Assembly (NCBI GenBank): GCA_944390315.1
Contig: CALXPO010000009.1
Location: forward strand, 10,945 to 74,944
Source: an uncultured Alphaproteobacteria bacterium
Lineage (GTDB): Bacteria; Pseudomonadota; Alphaproteobacteria; RF32; CAG-239
DNA length: 64,000 nucleotides
Direction of reading: 5' to 3'
Shown one piece after another: positions 29,044-39,807 of the stretch. The first letter of the stretch is position 1; each line of letters opens with the position of its first letter. A program made the translations under genes and the position numbers. The notes under the pieces are model-generated. The model was given only the letters and a program-made list of their open reading frames with translations, was not told where the DNA came from and did no database searches.

Positions 29044-31146
29044 TTAGAGCAAATTGTGGACCAAAGGCATGACATCCAGCCGGTAATCTTTTGCAATATC
29101 AAATGATTTCGGATATGACTGCTGCGCATTTAAGGCGTAGATATTTGCTTGCTGTATCTTAAATTGCCCACCCAAAACGACGGTACGTGCATTGTCCACA
29201 AGATTTTGCTTAAAGGCAAGGGCATCTTTAATGTTATTTTTCAAGAGACCTTTTCTTGTGGCAAAAAGGTTGGTATAGGTAAAAATCGCGAGAACCATTG
29301 CCGCAATAAATAAAGCCGAGACAAAGTGAATATGCAGGCACATAATCATTACGGCAAGAATAATTAAGATGACTGCAAAAATTTTGGCAATTATGCCAAT
29401 GAATTTGTTTTTAAATTTTGTTTTTAGAACCCATACGTAGAAAGCAAGAGTAAGTGTCGTTGAAATTAAAACTCCAAAAGTTTCGGGAGTATTAACGTTT
29501 AACCAAGCCATGGCCAATTCAGACAGAGCCAGCATGGCACAACTAAAGAAAATATATCCGGCATTAAGTTTTAAGGTAAGTAAGCGAATGCGCTTGAAGG
29601 TATCTTTTTCTATAATTTTATAAGCGCGCTTTAGTTTGAGAGCATTGGTACGGTCGATTGAAACCGAAAATTCTTTAGGTCCGATAATTTGTTGCAGGGC
29701 CTTTTTCTCAAATTTGTTAAGTCTAGATAGATTATCGGTTTTTTTGATGATTTGCAGCGTATCATCTTCCGCTTTTAGGTCAATGATATTACGTCGAAAC
29801 AAATCAAGCAAGAAAGAGCCGAAAGAAACTTTATCAAAAGTTCCGTTTATAAGCATGCGAAGCATAGCCGGTGTTTTTTGAAGTTCCGCTTTCATATTGT
29901 CGTTTCCGGAATTAATATAACGCCAAGAAATGATATAAGCGATGACAATGGCGATTAATCCGAATAAGGAAAAAATAATATCTCCGTAATCTTCAATAAA
30001 CCATTCAAATTTTTTATTAAAGTCCGGTTCTAAAAATCCTTTTTTAGGAATAGAAATCAAAATATGCATTCCTTCACCGGCGTAAAGCGGCATTGTAGAA
30101 GTAAACCCTAGGGCATTTGTTGCTTTATCTTTTGTAATGGTTGAATAGATATCGGTAAGATAATTTGGAGCATATCCGATAAACATATTTTGTCCGAGAG
30201 GGTTAACATCAATAGGCAGTCTGACAGTAGCAATGGCTTGAGAAATAGCAAGATTCCAAAAACTTCCGGTGACATCCCAATAAAATTCGTTACGATCGTC
30301 ATAGTACCATAACTTGCGATCAAGCATATAATCAAATTCGTAAGTATACACGCCCGGTTGCAAGGGAAGTTTATCTTTAGGCACAATCAAATACCTATCT
30401 CCGGCGTCTTTAAGCTGGTAAGGCACATCCGTACCGTTAATTTTGACGCTGTTTAAATAAGGTATTGTGGCATTTTTAACGCCTGTTCTGGATATGGAAT
30501 ATTTTGGAAGAGCTTTAGATAAGCCATATTTAAGTTTAATACCGTTAGCAATAAGATTAACGGTTTCTTTAATGTGTACGATACCGTTTGGCAAAATTTC
30601 GATTTTACTTGTCAAATAAGGAATATGTTCTTTAGCCGGAGCCAATACGGTTTGTCCGGTCGGCAATGTAATACTGACCACATCGATTTCGTTTTCTGGT
30701 GTTTGTTTTGGGGTATTTTGCTGTTCGTTTTGTTTTTGTTCAATAGCTTCAGGAAGCAAAGCGGGAGTATTAATTAAATCGGCAGGTTTATTATTTTCCA
30801 ATAAGTTCAATCTTTCCATTGCTTCTTCATAAATTTGCTCAAAAGTAGATTTATTCTGTTTTTGTTTTGCAATAAATTCGACATCGCCTTGAGCATTCAT
30901 GGTCGAAGCGTTTTGCACAACGGAGAGAGGCGTTTGAGCTACAATTTTAGAGCGTTCGCGAATAAAATTGCGAAAAGATTCATAATCCGCAGGAACTCCT
31001 TTCAGGGGAGCAGGTTGACGCATTTTCATGTTTTGGTCGGCTTCATGCTGATGAAGTTCAATTTCATCATGCATTTGAGTAATGGCCGCTTCGGCATTAG
31101 GACCGAACAAGGTAATGAAACAAATTGCAAAAAAAAGTTTTTTCAT
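29044..31146 (-). CDS. Large signal-peptide membrane protein, DUF2207-like architecture
   Basis: Signal peptide MKKLFFAICFITLFGPNAEA. About 380 aa extracytoplasmic domain (YTYEFDYMLDRKLWYYDDRNEFYWDVTG). Several C-terminal TM helices. DUF2207 assignment is from architecture, not from a verified motif. Confidence 0.4.
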   Translation of the reverse strand: MKKLFFAICFITLFGPNAEAAITQMHDEIELHQHEADQNMKMRQPAPLKGVPADYESFRNFIRERSKIVAQTPLSVVQNASTMNAQGDVEFIAKQKQNKSTFEQIYEEAMERLNLLENNKPADLINTPALLPEAIEQKQNEQQNTPKQTPENEIDVVSITLPTGQTVLAPAKEHIPYLTSKIEILPNGIVHIKETVNLIANGIKLKYGLSKALPKYSISRTGVKNATIPYLNSVKINGTDVPYQLKDAGDRYLIVPKDKLPLQPGVYTYEFDYMLDRKLWYYDDRNEFYWDVTGSFWNLAISQAIATVRLPIDVNPLGQNMFIGYAPNYLTDIYSTITKDKATNALGFTSTMPLYAGEGMHILISIPKKGFLEPDFNKKFEWFIEDYGDIIFSLFGLIAIVIAYIISWRYINSGNDNMKAELQKTPAMLRMLINGTFDKVSFGSFLLDLFRRNIIDLKAEDDTLQIIKKTDNLSRLNKFEKKALQQIIGPKEFSVSIDRTNALKLKRAYKIIEKDTFKRIRLLTLKLNAGYIFFSCAMLALSELAMAWLNVNTPETFGVLISTTLTLAFYVWVLKTKFKNKFIGIIAKIFAVILIILAVMIMCLHIHFVSALFIAAMVLAIFTYTNLFATRKGLLKNNIKDALAFKQNLVDNARTVVLGGQFKIQQANIYALNAQQSYPKSFDIAKDYRLDVMPLVHNLL

Positions 31147-31229
31147 AAAAAAATACCTTTGTTAACAAATAAAATATAATTGATAATATAATGTATAGTT
31201 ATTAAAAAAAGATTAGAAAGGAAAAATTA

Positions 31230-31964
31230 ATGACAAATTCTAAAATTGCTGCCGTTGTCTTAGGAGCAGGAAAAGGAACCCGTATGAAATCGGATTTACC
31301 TAAGGTTATGATGCCGATATGCGGAAAGCCGATGATAAAACACATCTTGGAAACTTTGGATGGAATGAATACGGATAAAATTGTTGTGGTTACCGCTCCG
31401 GATGGTGATTTAGTCCGAAAAGAAGTGGCACCGCACGAAAGTGTTATTCAAGAACAGCAACTCGGAACGGGAGATGCCGTTCTGGCATCGGCAAAAGCAA
31501 TGGAAGGATTTGACGGAGATGTCTTAGTCGTCTTTGGCGACAGTCCGCTGATTACAAAAGAAACATTTATAAATGCGGTTAATAAACGCCGTGAAGGATA
31601 TGCCATTGTCGTATTGGGTTTTCGTCCCGAAGATGCCGCAAGATACGGTCGTCTGGTCGTTTCTGACGGCGAGTTGCAAAAAATCGTAGAATTTAAAGAT
31701 GCAACTGATGCCGAAAAGGCCATAACTTTATGCAATTCGGGTGTTATGTGCTTTGATGGTCGTATAATGTTCGATATTTTGCGTCAAATAGGCAATGAAA
31801 ATGCGGCAAAAGAGTATTATCTTACAGATGCGATAGCCATTGCCCGTCGGCAAGGCTTAAAATGTACGGTGGTTGAGTGTTCGCCCGAAGAAGTAGCCGG
31901 AGCAAATACCAGAGAAGAACTGGCTCAGTTGGAAGAATATTTGAAGAAAAGACAAGGAAAATAA
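31230..31964 (+). CDS. Sugar-phosphate nucleotidyltransferase (GlmU N-terminal domain-like / MurU-like)
   Basis: AAVVLGAGKGTRMKSDLPKVMMPICGKPMIKHILE is the G-x-G-x-R nucleotidyltransferase signature. 244 aa and lacks the acetyltransferase LbH domain. Confidence 0.65.
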   Translation: MTNSKIAAVVLGAGKGTRMKSDLPKVMMPICGKPMIKHILETLDGMNTDKIVVVTAPDGDLVRKEVAPHESVIQEQQLGTGDAVLASAKAMEGFDGDVLVVFGDSPLITKETFINAVNKRREGYAIVVLGFRPEDAARYGRLVVSDGELQKIVEFKDATDAEKAITLCNSGVMCFDGRIMFDILRQIGNENAAKEYYLTDAIAIARRQGLKCTVVECSPEEVAGANTREELAQLEEYLKKRQGK

Positions 31965-32411
31965 TTGATGAATTTTATAAAAAATCATTGGTTTGGTTTA
32001 ATCGTATCATTGATAACATTAGCATTTTTGTGCGTTTTTGCTTTGGTATTGATAGCGCCGCACCAAGATGAACAAGGACGAGGCTTTGTCCCCTGTATTG
32101 AAAAAATGGCGGAAAATTTGCATGAATGCCGCGGACAAAATCTCTGTGCTTTAAACTGCGTTATTGAAAATACATTTTGCAATATTAAAGTTATCGGACA
32201 GGGAATAAAACAGTGGGCTGCCGGTGAACAACCGCGCCCATGGTCAAATTACCTGTTTGAACCGGAATTAAAACAGCCGTCTGCCGCCGATGATTTTGAA
32301 ACCGAAGAAAGTCTGGATGAATATTATCAAAACAATCCCGATATCTCTTTGGAAATGTCGGAATTGTACAAACTTAATCAACAACTGGAGCAAGATACAA
32401 ATGAACAATAA
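31965..32411 (+). CDS. Small N-terminally anchored Cys-containing protein, unknown function
   Basis: ATGA overlap with the upstream gene. One TM (LIVSLITLAFLCVFALVLIA) followed by a Cys-rich soluble segment and an acidic tail. Its stop overlaps the pepF start. Confidence 0.45.
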   Translation: MMNFIKNHWFGLIVSLITLAFLCVFALVLIAPHQDEQGRGFVPCIEKMAENLHECRGQNLCALNCVIENTFCNIKVIGQGIKQWAAGEQPRPWSNYLFEPELKQPSAADDFETEESLDEYYQNNPDISLEMSELYKLNQQLEQDTNEQ

Positions 32412-34197
32412 TAATTTACCGGCATGGGATTTAAGTGATTTATATCAAAGCATTGATGATGAACGTATTACCCGTGACATGGAAAACTATCGAGATTTTT
32501 GTATTGATTTCGCCAATCAATATAAGGGAAAGTTGGCTCAACTGGACAGTCGGGAAATGTTGAAAGCCCTAAAGGCTTATGAAAAAAATTCACTTTTGAT
32601 AAGTCGTGTCGGCGGTTTTGCTTATCTCAATATGGTAACTCAAATGAAAAATCAGGCCGCCGTTGCTTTTTATCAAAATGTCAGCGAAAAATTGACTGAT
32701 TACAGCAAACCGTTAATTTTTCTGAGTCTTGAAATAAATCAGTTGCCCGAAGAAAAAATTCAACAATGGCTGACAGACGAACAACTTGCTTTCTACAAAC
32801 CGTGGTTTGAACGTTTGCGTCGTTTTAAGCCTTATGAATTATCCGAACCGGTCGAAGAAGTATTGCTCGAAAAATCAATGACGTCCTCTTCCGCCTGGGT
32901 CAGACTGTATGAAGAAACTTCTTCCCGCTTGGAATATAAAATTGACGGCAAAAGCTATAATGATGCCGAAATTTCCAAATTGCTGCTTAATAAAGATGCA
33001 GATTTGCGCCATCGCGCCGGCGCCGAAATTAATCGTGTCGCTAAAGAAAATGCCGATTTGTTCACTTTTATCTACAATATGATTATTAAAGATAAGGCAA
33101 TAGAAGATGAAAAGAGAGGTTTTAGAGAGCCGGTATCATCGCGTAATTTGTCGGAAAATGTACCCGATAAAACGGTTGAAACTTTGGCAGAAACGGTAAG
33201 GGCAAATTATAAAAATATTGCCCATCGCTTTTATAAACTCAAAGCCAAATGGTTGGGGGTTGAAAAAATTTCATATTGGGATAGAAACGCACCTTTGCCT
33301 TTTGCGGCAGATAGGGAATACAGTTGGGAAGACGCGGTAAAATTGGTTTTAGATGCGTATAAATCATTTTCGCCCAAACTTTATGATATAGCCAAAGACT
33401 TTTTTGAAAACAATTGGATTGATGTGCCGCCGCGTGACGGTAAACGCAGCGGAGCTTTTTGTGCGCCGGTCAGTGCCGATTTTCATCCCTACCTGATGTT
33501 AAATTTTACCGGAAAACAAAATGATGTTTTGACTTTGGCGCATGAGTTGGGACATGGCTGTCACCACCAAACCAGAACGAAAAACGGCGAATTGAACGAA
33601 TACTCGCGTATGACAACCGAAGAAGTAGCTTCGGTGTTTGGCGAAATGATTACTTTTCAGTCGATGGTTTCAAAATTGCCGGATGGTCCGGAAAAACTGG
33701 CTTTGATAGCTTCCAAAGTCAGCGATATGATTAATACGGCGATTCGTCAAATAGCTTTTCACTTTTTTGAAACTCGGGCACATGCCGAACGCAAAAACGG
33801 TGAACTGAGTAAAGACCGGTTATGTGAGATTTGGCAAGAAGAAATGGCTGTCAGCTTAGGAGAAGCCGTAGAGGTCGGAGACGACAGTCGCTATATTTGG
33901 TCGCAAGTCGGACACTTTTTCTTTTTACCATTCTATGTTTACGCCTATTCTTTTGCCGATTGCTTGGTAAATTCTTTATATCAGGTCAGTCAGGAAGGCC
34001 GAGTCGAAAATTTTGCCGATAAGTATTTGGAACTTTTATCTCAGACGGCTATAGGAGATTATGAAAAATTGTTGGCTCCGTTTGGGCTCAATCCCAACAG
34101 TCCGGATTTTTGGAATAAAGGTTTAAGTCTGATTTCCGGTTACATTGACGAGTTGGAAAGATTGGATAAAGTTATAGAAACAAAGAAAAAGCAATAA
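32400..34197 (+). CDS. pepF: Oligoendopeptidase F (M3B family)
   Basis: HELGHGCHH zinc motif. Start chosen at MNNNNLPAWDLSDLY, the typical PepF N-terminus. This makes an ATGAACAATAA overlap with the upstream stop. Confidence 0.8.
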
Positions 34198-34259
34198 AAA
34201 AACGAGAAATGACACATTTTATAAAAGCCTCCGTCAACGGGAGGCTTTTATATTTAAGA

Positions 34260-35039
34260 CTATCTAAAGAACAACTCTTTGGTAATTCTCTTTGATTCTT
34301 CCAAATAGTGTTGAGAAGCATTTGGAGCGCCGAGATAGGATAGTGAAAAACTGGTAATCAAAAATCCGAAAGGATTCTTCAAAGCATCTTCATGTGTTCT
34401 ATTTTTAAATTTCACGAAACGTAGGCGCATAACGGCTCGCCAAATGTTTATATCCGGATTCGGATTTTTGGGTAAATAATCGATGGTACGGAACTGAACT
34501 TGCCATAGACCGGTACCGAGTGGTCTTATCCAATCAATTTCCACGTCGCGCATCATGCTTTTATTGCGAAATTGCATCATATTGAATTTGGCATCATAGC
34601 GCGTGAATTCATCAAAAATGAAGGGAGAAGAATACCAATAGACATAGGACCCCGGTCCCCAGCGCCGCATCAGTTCATCGTAGTCATTTGTAATGAGATA
34701 ACGCAGCATGATATAGTTTGTGATATGCTCCTCATTAATCAAATTTCCGACGGGATAATTTGTTTCCATAGGTTGAGCACGCTCGATTTGGCTAAAATAG
34801 TGATCTATGTAGAACAATTGCGGCGCACTTGAGCGTTGAGGAAGCATAACATAGATAGCGCTGGCTAACATCATATTAAAGCAGATGGACATGGCGGCAA
34901 TGATAACCAAAAAGCGTGATGTCCACAAATAACGTCTTTCAGGCATAGCATCAACATGCACTTGTTCAGGAAAGAGACCGAGTTTGTCAGGACTTTCTTT
35001 TTCTTTATACTTAAAAATTGTTTTAAAAATGTCTAGCAT
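34260..35039 (-). CDS. VirB8-like type IV secretion component (orphan)
   Basis: One TM near residue 45-65 (FLVIIAAMSICFNMMLASAIYVML). Then a periplasmic domain with VirB8-like motifs (EEHITNYIMLRYLITNDYDE resembling the (F/Y)V..RE.Y motif; C-terminal NPFGFLITSFS resembling NPLGF.V..Y). About 259 aa, typical VirB8 size. No other virB genes in the window. Confidence 0.5.
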   Translation of the reverse strand: MLDIFKTIFKYKEKESPDKLGLFPEQVHVDAMPERRYLWTSRFLVIIAAMSICFNMMLASAIYVMLPQRSSAPQLFYIDHYFSQIERAQPMETNYPVGNLINEEHITNYIMLRYLITNDYDELMRRWGPGSYVYWYSSPFIFDEFTRYDAKFNMMQFRNKSMMRDVEIDWIRPLGTGLWQVQFRTIDYLPKNPNPDINIWRAVMRLRFVKFKNRTHEDALKNPFGFLITSFSLSYLGAPNASQHYLEESKRITKELFFR

Positions 35040-35202
35040 GCGTTTTTTATCAATTCAAAATTAAACTCTGTATGTTAATTTTATACAACAAAGCAGCTAA
35101 AAAGCAAATAAATACTGCGAAAGAAGAAAAAAATACTACCAAGTTAGAAAATATTAGTGTAAATATATAACAGTATCTTTTATGCATAAAGGGTTTTAAC
35201 TG

Positions 35203-37107
35203 ATGAAAAAGCTATTAGTATCTTTAATTTTACCGATGTTGTTTATTGCATCGTGCGGACGAAACACGACAGTAACAGCTCCGACCGCTGCAACATATAA
35301 TCCGGAGTCGGTTTTGTACAATGATTGGGATCGTGCGGTTCGAGTAGATGTAGACATGCAAAATATGTATGTAAGCACGCCTACGAAAATCGAAAAGCCG
35401 ATAGATTTGTACATGGCCATGGCTTTGGCATTAAAATATAACTATACGCGCCGTTTGATTACTTACGAAGATAGTATTATTCGTGCCGGTCATTCTCCGG
35501 TCAACCGTTTGCCCGAAATTGTAAGTCATGCAGGCTATATTAATGATACAAATTCGGAAATGAGTCCGGATTTGAAAGTTGCGTGGAATATGCTTGATAT
35601 GTCTATGGTTTATTGCTTGAGCCAAGATAAAGAATATAAGGCCAGCGTAGCTTTTGAAGAAAGCCGCAAGGTTATTCACAACATACTTCAAGAAACACGT
35701 ACGCTGTATTGGAAAACTTTAACGGCTCAACGCTTGTTGCCGGTTATTGATGATATGACCGAATATATGACTTTGGAAGTTGATGAAATGAACTCCCAAG
35801 CCAAAAATTTAGATAAAAAAGGCGAGGCTCCGACAGTTAACCAACTGGTTAAGAAAAGACAATATATGGAAGCAATTAAAGAATTATCATCGCTCAAACG
35901 AGATATGGAAACGGCCCAAACACGTTTGGCCAGTTTAATGGGATTACATCCGTCAACAGAATTTAAGTTGGTTGGCTCGGAATATGGTAATTTTGACTTG
36001 CCGAAAATTAAAAATTCTTTGGCCGATCTGGAGTGGTTGGCCTTAAGCAATCGTCCGGAATTGCGTGAACATGATTTGGCCGTAAATGCTGAACGTATGA
36101 AATTGGTTATAAAAGATTTTAAGGATCCCGGTCTCAAACAATATAAAAATGATCCCGAATTTTATAACCGTATGTGGTCAAAACAAGCTCGCGAATTGGG
36201 AATGAGCGTGTTTGAAGATCCCGCAAGCCCGAATGTTTTGGATATGGAGCATCTTCGTCGTCAAAGAATGTCTGCTCTTATTTTGAGCCAGGTCTATGTT
36301 GCTTGGGCGCAATATATGTCGGCGGTAGAAGATTATCAAATTAATATGGAAATTGCTTCAACTTCCGAAAATATTGCCGAAGATTTTACAATTGCCGACG
36401 GCAGCCAAGCCGAGAAAAGCCAATTGGAGGCTTCTCGCGCTATTGAAGATGAAGTCAAAGCATTCAAATCTTATGCAGATTTACAAGAAGCATTGGGCAA
36501 CTTGTATGCAACAATCGGTTTAGATGCGATACCTTATTATATGCTTAATGAAAAGCCATCCAAAATTGCCGTATATTTGCGTAATACTTTGGAAAAATGG
36601 GCAAATGGAGATTTTATGCCCGACAATCGTCCGTATCTGCTCAATATTCCGGCTAAACGCCCGCCGGTTAATCTGAGTTCTGATACTTTATTGCCGGATG
36701 TTAAAGGAGAAACAGGCAAGAAAATTGTTGTTCAGGTGCCCGATTCGGCTTTATCAAGAATGGATTTTGAAGGAAAAGTAATAAGCCGAGCCGGAACCAT
36801 TGATGACAAGCCTTTGCCGAAATGGTTGACTTATAACGAAGAAACAAGAACTTTCTACGGTACGGCAATGCCCGGAGAAGAAGGAACATATAACATAAAA
36901 GTATATTTTAGTGATGAAGAAGGCAATGTCGCTTATATGACCTTCAAAATCACGGTTAAAGAAGTTTTTGTTCCTTCCTTGACTGTAAAAGGACAAATTG
37001 ACGGAAGTACCGCAACAGTCTTGAAGCGTTGTGCAGGAAACAATTGCAAAGACGACTATATCGTTGAAGATGCGGTTGGAAAAGATATCATAACTTCTGC
37101 TCAATAA
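35203..37107 (+). CDS. Outer membrane factor (TolC/NodT-like) lipoprotein with C-terminal cadherin-like Ig (He_PIG) domain
   Basis: Lipobox LFIASC. OEP-like helical repeats (IDLYMAMALALKYNY, TAQTRLASLMGLHP). C-terminal ~120 aa resembles a putative Ig / dystroglycan-type cadherin-like domain (KPLPKWLTYNEETRTFYGTAMPGEEGTYNIKVYFSDEEGN). Confidence 0.5.
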   Translation: MKKLLVSLILPMLFIASCGRNTTVTAPTAATYNPESVLYNDWDRAVRVDVDMQNMYVSTPTKIEKPIDLYMAMALALKYNYTRRLITYEDSIIRAGHSPVNRLPEIVSHAGYINDTNSEMSPDLKVAWNMLDMSMVYCLSQDKEYKASVAFEESRKVIHNILQETRTLYWKTLTAQRLLPVIDDMTEYMTLEVDEMNSQAKNLDKKGEAPTVNQLVKKRQYMEAIKELSSLKRDMETAQTRLASLMGLHPSTEFKLVGSEYGNFDLPKIKNSLADLEWLALSNRPELREHDLAVNAERMKLVIKDFKDPGLKQYKNDPEFYNRMWSKQARELGMSVFEDPASPNVLDMEHLRRQRMSALILSQVYVAWAQYMSAVEDYQINMEIASTSENIAEDFTIADGSQAEKSQLEASRAIEDEVKAFKSYADLQEALGNLYATIGLDAIPYYMLNEKPSKIAVYLRNTLEKWANGDFMPDNRPYLLNIPAKRPPVNLSSDTLLPDVKGETGKKIVVQVPDSALSRMDFEGKVISRAGTIDDKPLPKWLTYNEETRTFYGTAMPGEEGTYNIKVYFSDEEGNVAYMTFKITVKEVFVPSLTVKGQIDGSTATVLKRCAGNNCKDDYIVEDAVGKDIITSAQ

Positions 37108-37140
37108 AAAAGATACACCCCCAGGAAACTGGGGGTTTTA
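37108..37140 (+). terminator. Rho-independent terminator
   Basis: aaaaaagatacacccccaggaaactgggggtttta: 6-bp G/C stem followed by a T-run. Confidence 0.7.
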
Positions 37141-37287
37141 ATTTAGCTTTTAAATTTCATGATTAATTTGCTTCATCGGCACGGATTGGTAGCGTTATGT
37201 GCTTTATCTTTTCTGGGCTTGGCAAAAATCCGGAATAAACTCTGTTTTTTATATGATAACACGTAAAAAATACACAAAATTGTTGCT

Positions 37288-37320
37288 ACAAAAAAGCCTC
37301 GTTTTCGGCGAGGCTTTATA
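37288..37320 (-). terminator. Rho-independent terminator downstream of glgP
   Basis: aaaaaagcctcgttttcggcgaggcttt: 8-bp stem. A-run and T-run flanks make it usable on either strand. Confidence 0.65.
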
Positions 37321-37332
37321 AATGTATATTGT

Positions 37333-39807
37333 TTATTCGGCAACCGGTTTAATATGCCAAATTTTGTCGGCATATTCCATGACGGCGCGGTCACTTGAGA
37401 ATGGACCGATTCTGGCAACATTATAAATTGCCATTTTTGCCCATTTTACTTTATCTATATAATCATGTTCTGCTTTATGCAAAGCCTGATTGAATTCTGC
37501 CAAATCAGCCAGAACCATGTAATAATCACGGGAAAGCAATTCTTCGTATATCATCTTAAATAAGAGGGTATACTCTTTTTGGCAAAACATGTTTGAATTG
37601 ATGGCATTCATAATACGTTTGATATAATCAGACTTATCATAAACTTCTTGGGGTCTGTAAGTCTTTTTGCTGTGCATTTCAGCGATTTGCTCTTCTCTTA
37701 AGCCAAAAAGATAGAAATTTTCAGCTCCGACGGCTTCTCTGATTTCGATATTGGCCCCGTCATATGTGCCAACGGTGAGAGCGCCGTTCAAGGCAAATTT
37801 CATATTTCCGGTACCGGAAGCCTCAAAACCTGCAGTGGAATTTTGAATACTGATATCAGCCGCAGGTATAAGCAGTTCTGCCAAAGAAACTTTATAATCT
37901 GGAATAAAGACGACTTTTATTCTGTCATTTACACGGGAGTCGTTATTAACAACATCAGCAACATTGTTGATAAGTTTAATTATCATTTTTGCAAAGTTGT
38001 AAGAAGGGGCGGCTTTTCCGGCAAAAATATAAGTTTTCGGACAAGGCGGAATGGCATTATCTTTGATGATGGCCAAATAGTCGCCGATGACTTGTAAAAT
38101 GGTCATGAGTTGGCGTTTGTATTCATGAATACGTTTAGCTTGAACAATGAAAATACTTTCAGTATTCACAGCCACGCCGGTTGTTTTAAATATTTTTTTG
38201 GCGAGACGCTCTTTATTTTGTTTTTTGATTTTAATAAAATCTTCGACAAAGTCTTTATCATCAACGAATTGTTCAATTTGTTGCAATTGATCGAGATCGG
38301 TAATCCATTCCTTGCCGATTTTGTCACAAATAAGTGCGGCAAGAGCGGTATTGGCGTGGTACAGCCAACGACGGGGTGTGACACCGTTGGTAATATTGAT
38401 AAATTTTTCGGGCCACAATTCATAAAATTCCGGCACAAGTCTGTGTTTAAGTAATTCGGAGTGAATTTTAGCAACGCCGTTGACTTTATAAGAACCGACG
38501 ATGGAAAGGTTTGCCATACGAATAATTTGATTGTTACCGTCACCCGAAACAATAGAGACTTTGTTAAGTTTATCAGGGCTATCGCCGAATTTTGTTTTTG
38601 CAAATTCGATAAAACGACGGTTAATTTCATAGATAATCTGCAAATGTCTTGGCAACATTTTGCCCAACATCCAAGCAGGCCAAACTTCGAGAGCTTCTGG
38701 GAGCAGGGTATGGTTGGTATAAGCAAAAATTTTGGAAGTAACCTCCCAAGCCGTATTCCAAGATTGACCATAAATATCAATCAGTTGGTGCATCATTTCT
38801 GGAATAGCGAGTGCCGGGTGTGTGTCGTTAAGCTGAATGCAGATGTATTCCGGCATACGATGAAAATCATTACTTTTTTCCATAAAGCGTCGAATAATAT
38901 CCTGAATAGCGCAAGAAACGAAGAAGTACTGTTGTTTTAAGCGCAACTCTTTACCGGATTCAATGCTGTCTGAAGGGTAAAGCACTTTAGAAATGGTTTC
39001 ATTTTCAATTTTATCTTTCAGGGCATCGATATATCCGCCTTTGTTAAAGACGTTAATGTCGAGCTGTTCATCACCTTCGGCAGAGAACAAACGTAAATAG
39101 TTAACGGATTTTCCGTCATAACCGACGACAGGGAAATCATAAGGAATACCGTAGAGATGGGTAGAATTTTTCCAAATAAACATAGGTTCTCCGTTTGCGG
39201 CGTATTGAGTTTCGACTTCGCCGTACATAGGAATAGAGATACGTCTGTCAGGTCTTGCAAACTGCCAGGGAGAATCTTCGCCTTCCCAACTGTCGGCTAA
39301 TTCTACCTGATAGCCGTTTTCGAACTTTTGTTTAAATAAGCCGTATTCATAGTTAATTCCGTAGCCAAAGCCTGGGATTCCCAAAGAGGCCATAGAATCC
39401 ATATAACAAGCGGCTAATCGTCCCAAGCCGCCGTTACCGAGAGCCGGATCATATTCGGTATCAAAAATTTCATCTAAAGATTCCCAAGGCCAACCATCAA
39501 TTTTAATATCTTTCAAGATATCAAACAAGCCAAGGTTGTGCAGGTTATTTTCCAAAGAACGTCCGATAAGGTATTCAATAGAGAGATAATAAACACGTTT
39601 TGAATTGACTTTATTATAGCGGGCGATTGTTTGATACATTCTGTCCATGGCAAATTCTCTGACGGCAAGAGAAATAACTTTCAGAGCTTCTTCTTTGCTG
39701 ATTTCGCAGGTTCTTTTACCGATAAAATACTTAATGTAATGTTCAATAGACAGCTTAAGTCTGGCTTTATCAATTTCATCTAATATGACCGAATTTTCCG
39801 TAACCAT
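37333..39807 (-). CDS. glgP: Glycogen/alpha-glucan phosphorylase
   Basis: 824 aa with the PLP-lysine region EASGTGNMKFALNGALTVGTYDGANIEI. Confidence 0.9.
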   Translation of the reverse strand: MVTENSVILDEIDKARLKLSIEHYIKYFIGKRTCEISKEEALKVISLAVREFAMDRMYQTIARYNKVNSKRVYYLSIEYLIGRSLENNLHNLGLFDILKDIKIDGWPWESLDEIFDTEYDPALGNGGLGRLAACYMDSMASLGIPGFGYGINYEYGLFKQKFENGYQVELADSWEGEDSPWQFARPDRRISIPMYGEVETQYAANGEPMFIWKNSTHLYGIPYDFPVVGYDGKSVNYLRLFSAEGDEQLDINVFNKGGYIDALKDKIENETISKVLYPSDSIESGKELRLKQQYFFVSCAIQDIIRRFMEKSNDFHRMPEYICIQLNDTHPALAIPEMMHQLIDIYGQSWNTAWEVTSKIFAYTNHTLLPEALEVWPAWMLGKMLPRHLQIIYEINRRFIEFAKTKFGDSPDKLNKVSIVSGDGNNQIIRMANLSIVGSYKVNGVAKIHSELLKHRLVPEFYELWPEKFINITNGVTPRRWLYHANTALAALICDKIGKEWITDLDQLQQIEQFVDDKDFVEDFIKIKKQNKERLAKKIFKTTGVAVNTESIFIVQAKRIHEYKRQLMTILQVIGDYLAIIKDNAIPPCPKTYIFAGKAAPSYNFAKMIIKLINNVADVVNNDSRVNDRIKVVFIPDYKVSLAELLIPAADISIQNSTAGFEASGTGNMKFALNGALTVGTYDGANIEIREAVGAENFYLFGLREEQIAEMHSKKTYRPQEVYDKSDYIKRIMNAINSNMFCQKEYTLLFKMIYEELLSRDYYMVLADLAEFNQALHKAEHDYIDKVKWAKMAIYNVARIGPFSSDRAVMEYADKIWHIKPVAE

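Noticed and set aside
32290-32399. N-terminal extension of the pepF ORF
   Set aside because: It overlaps the upstream small gene in another frame. PepF-family proteins begin near …LPAWDLSDLY, which follows the ATG at 32400.
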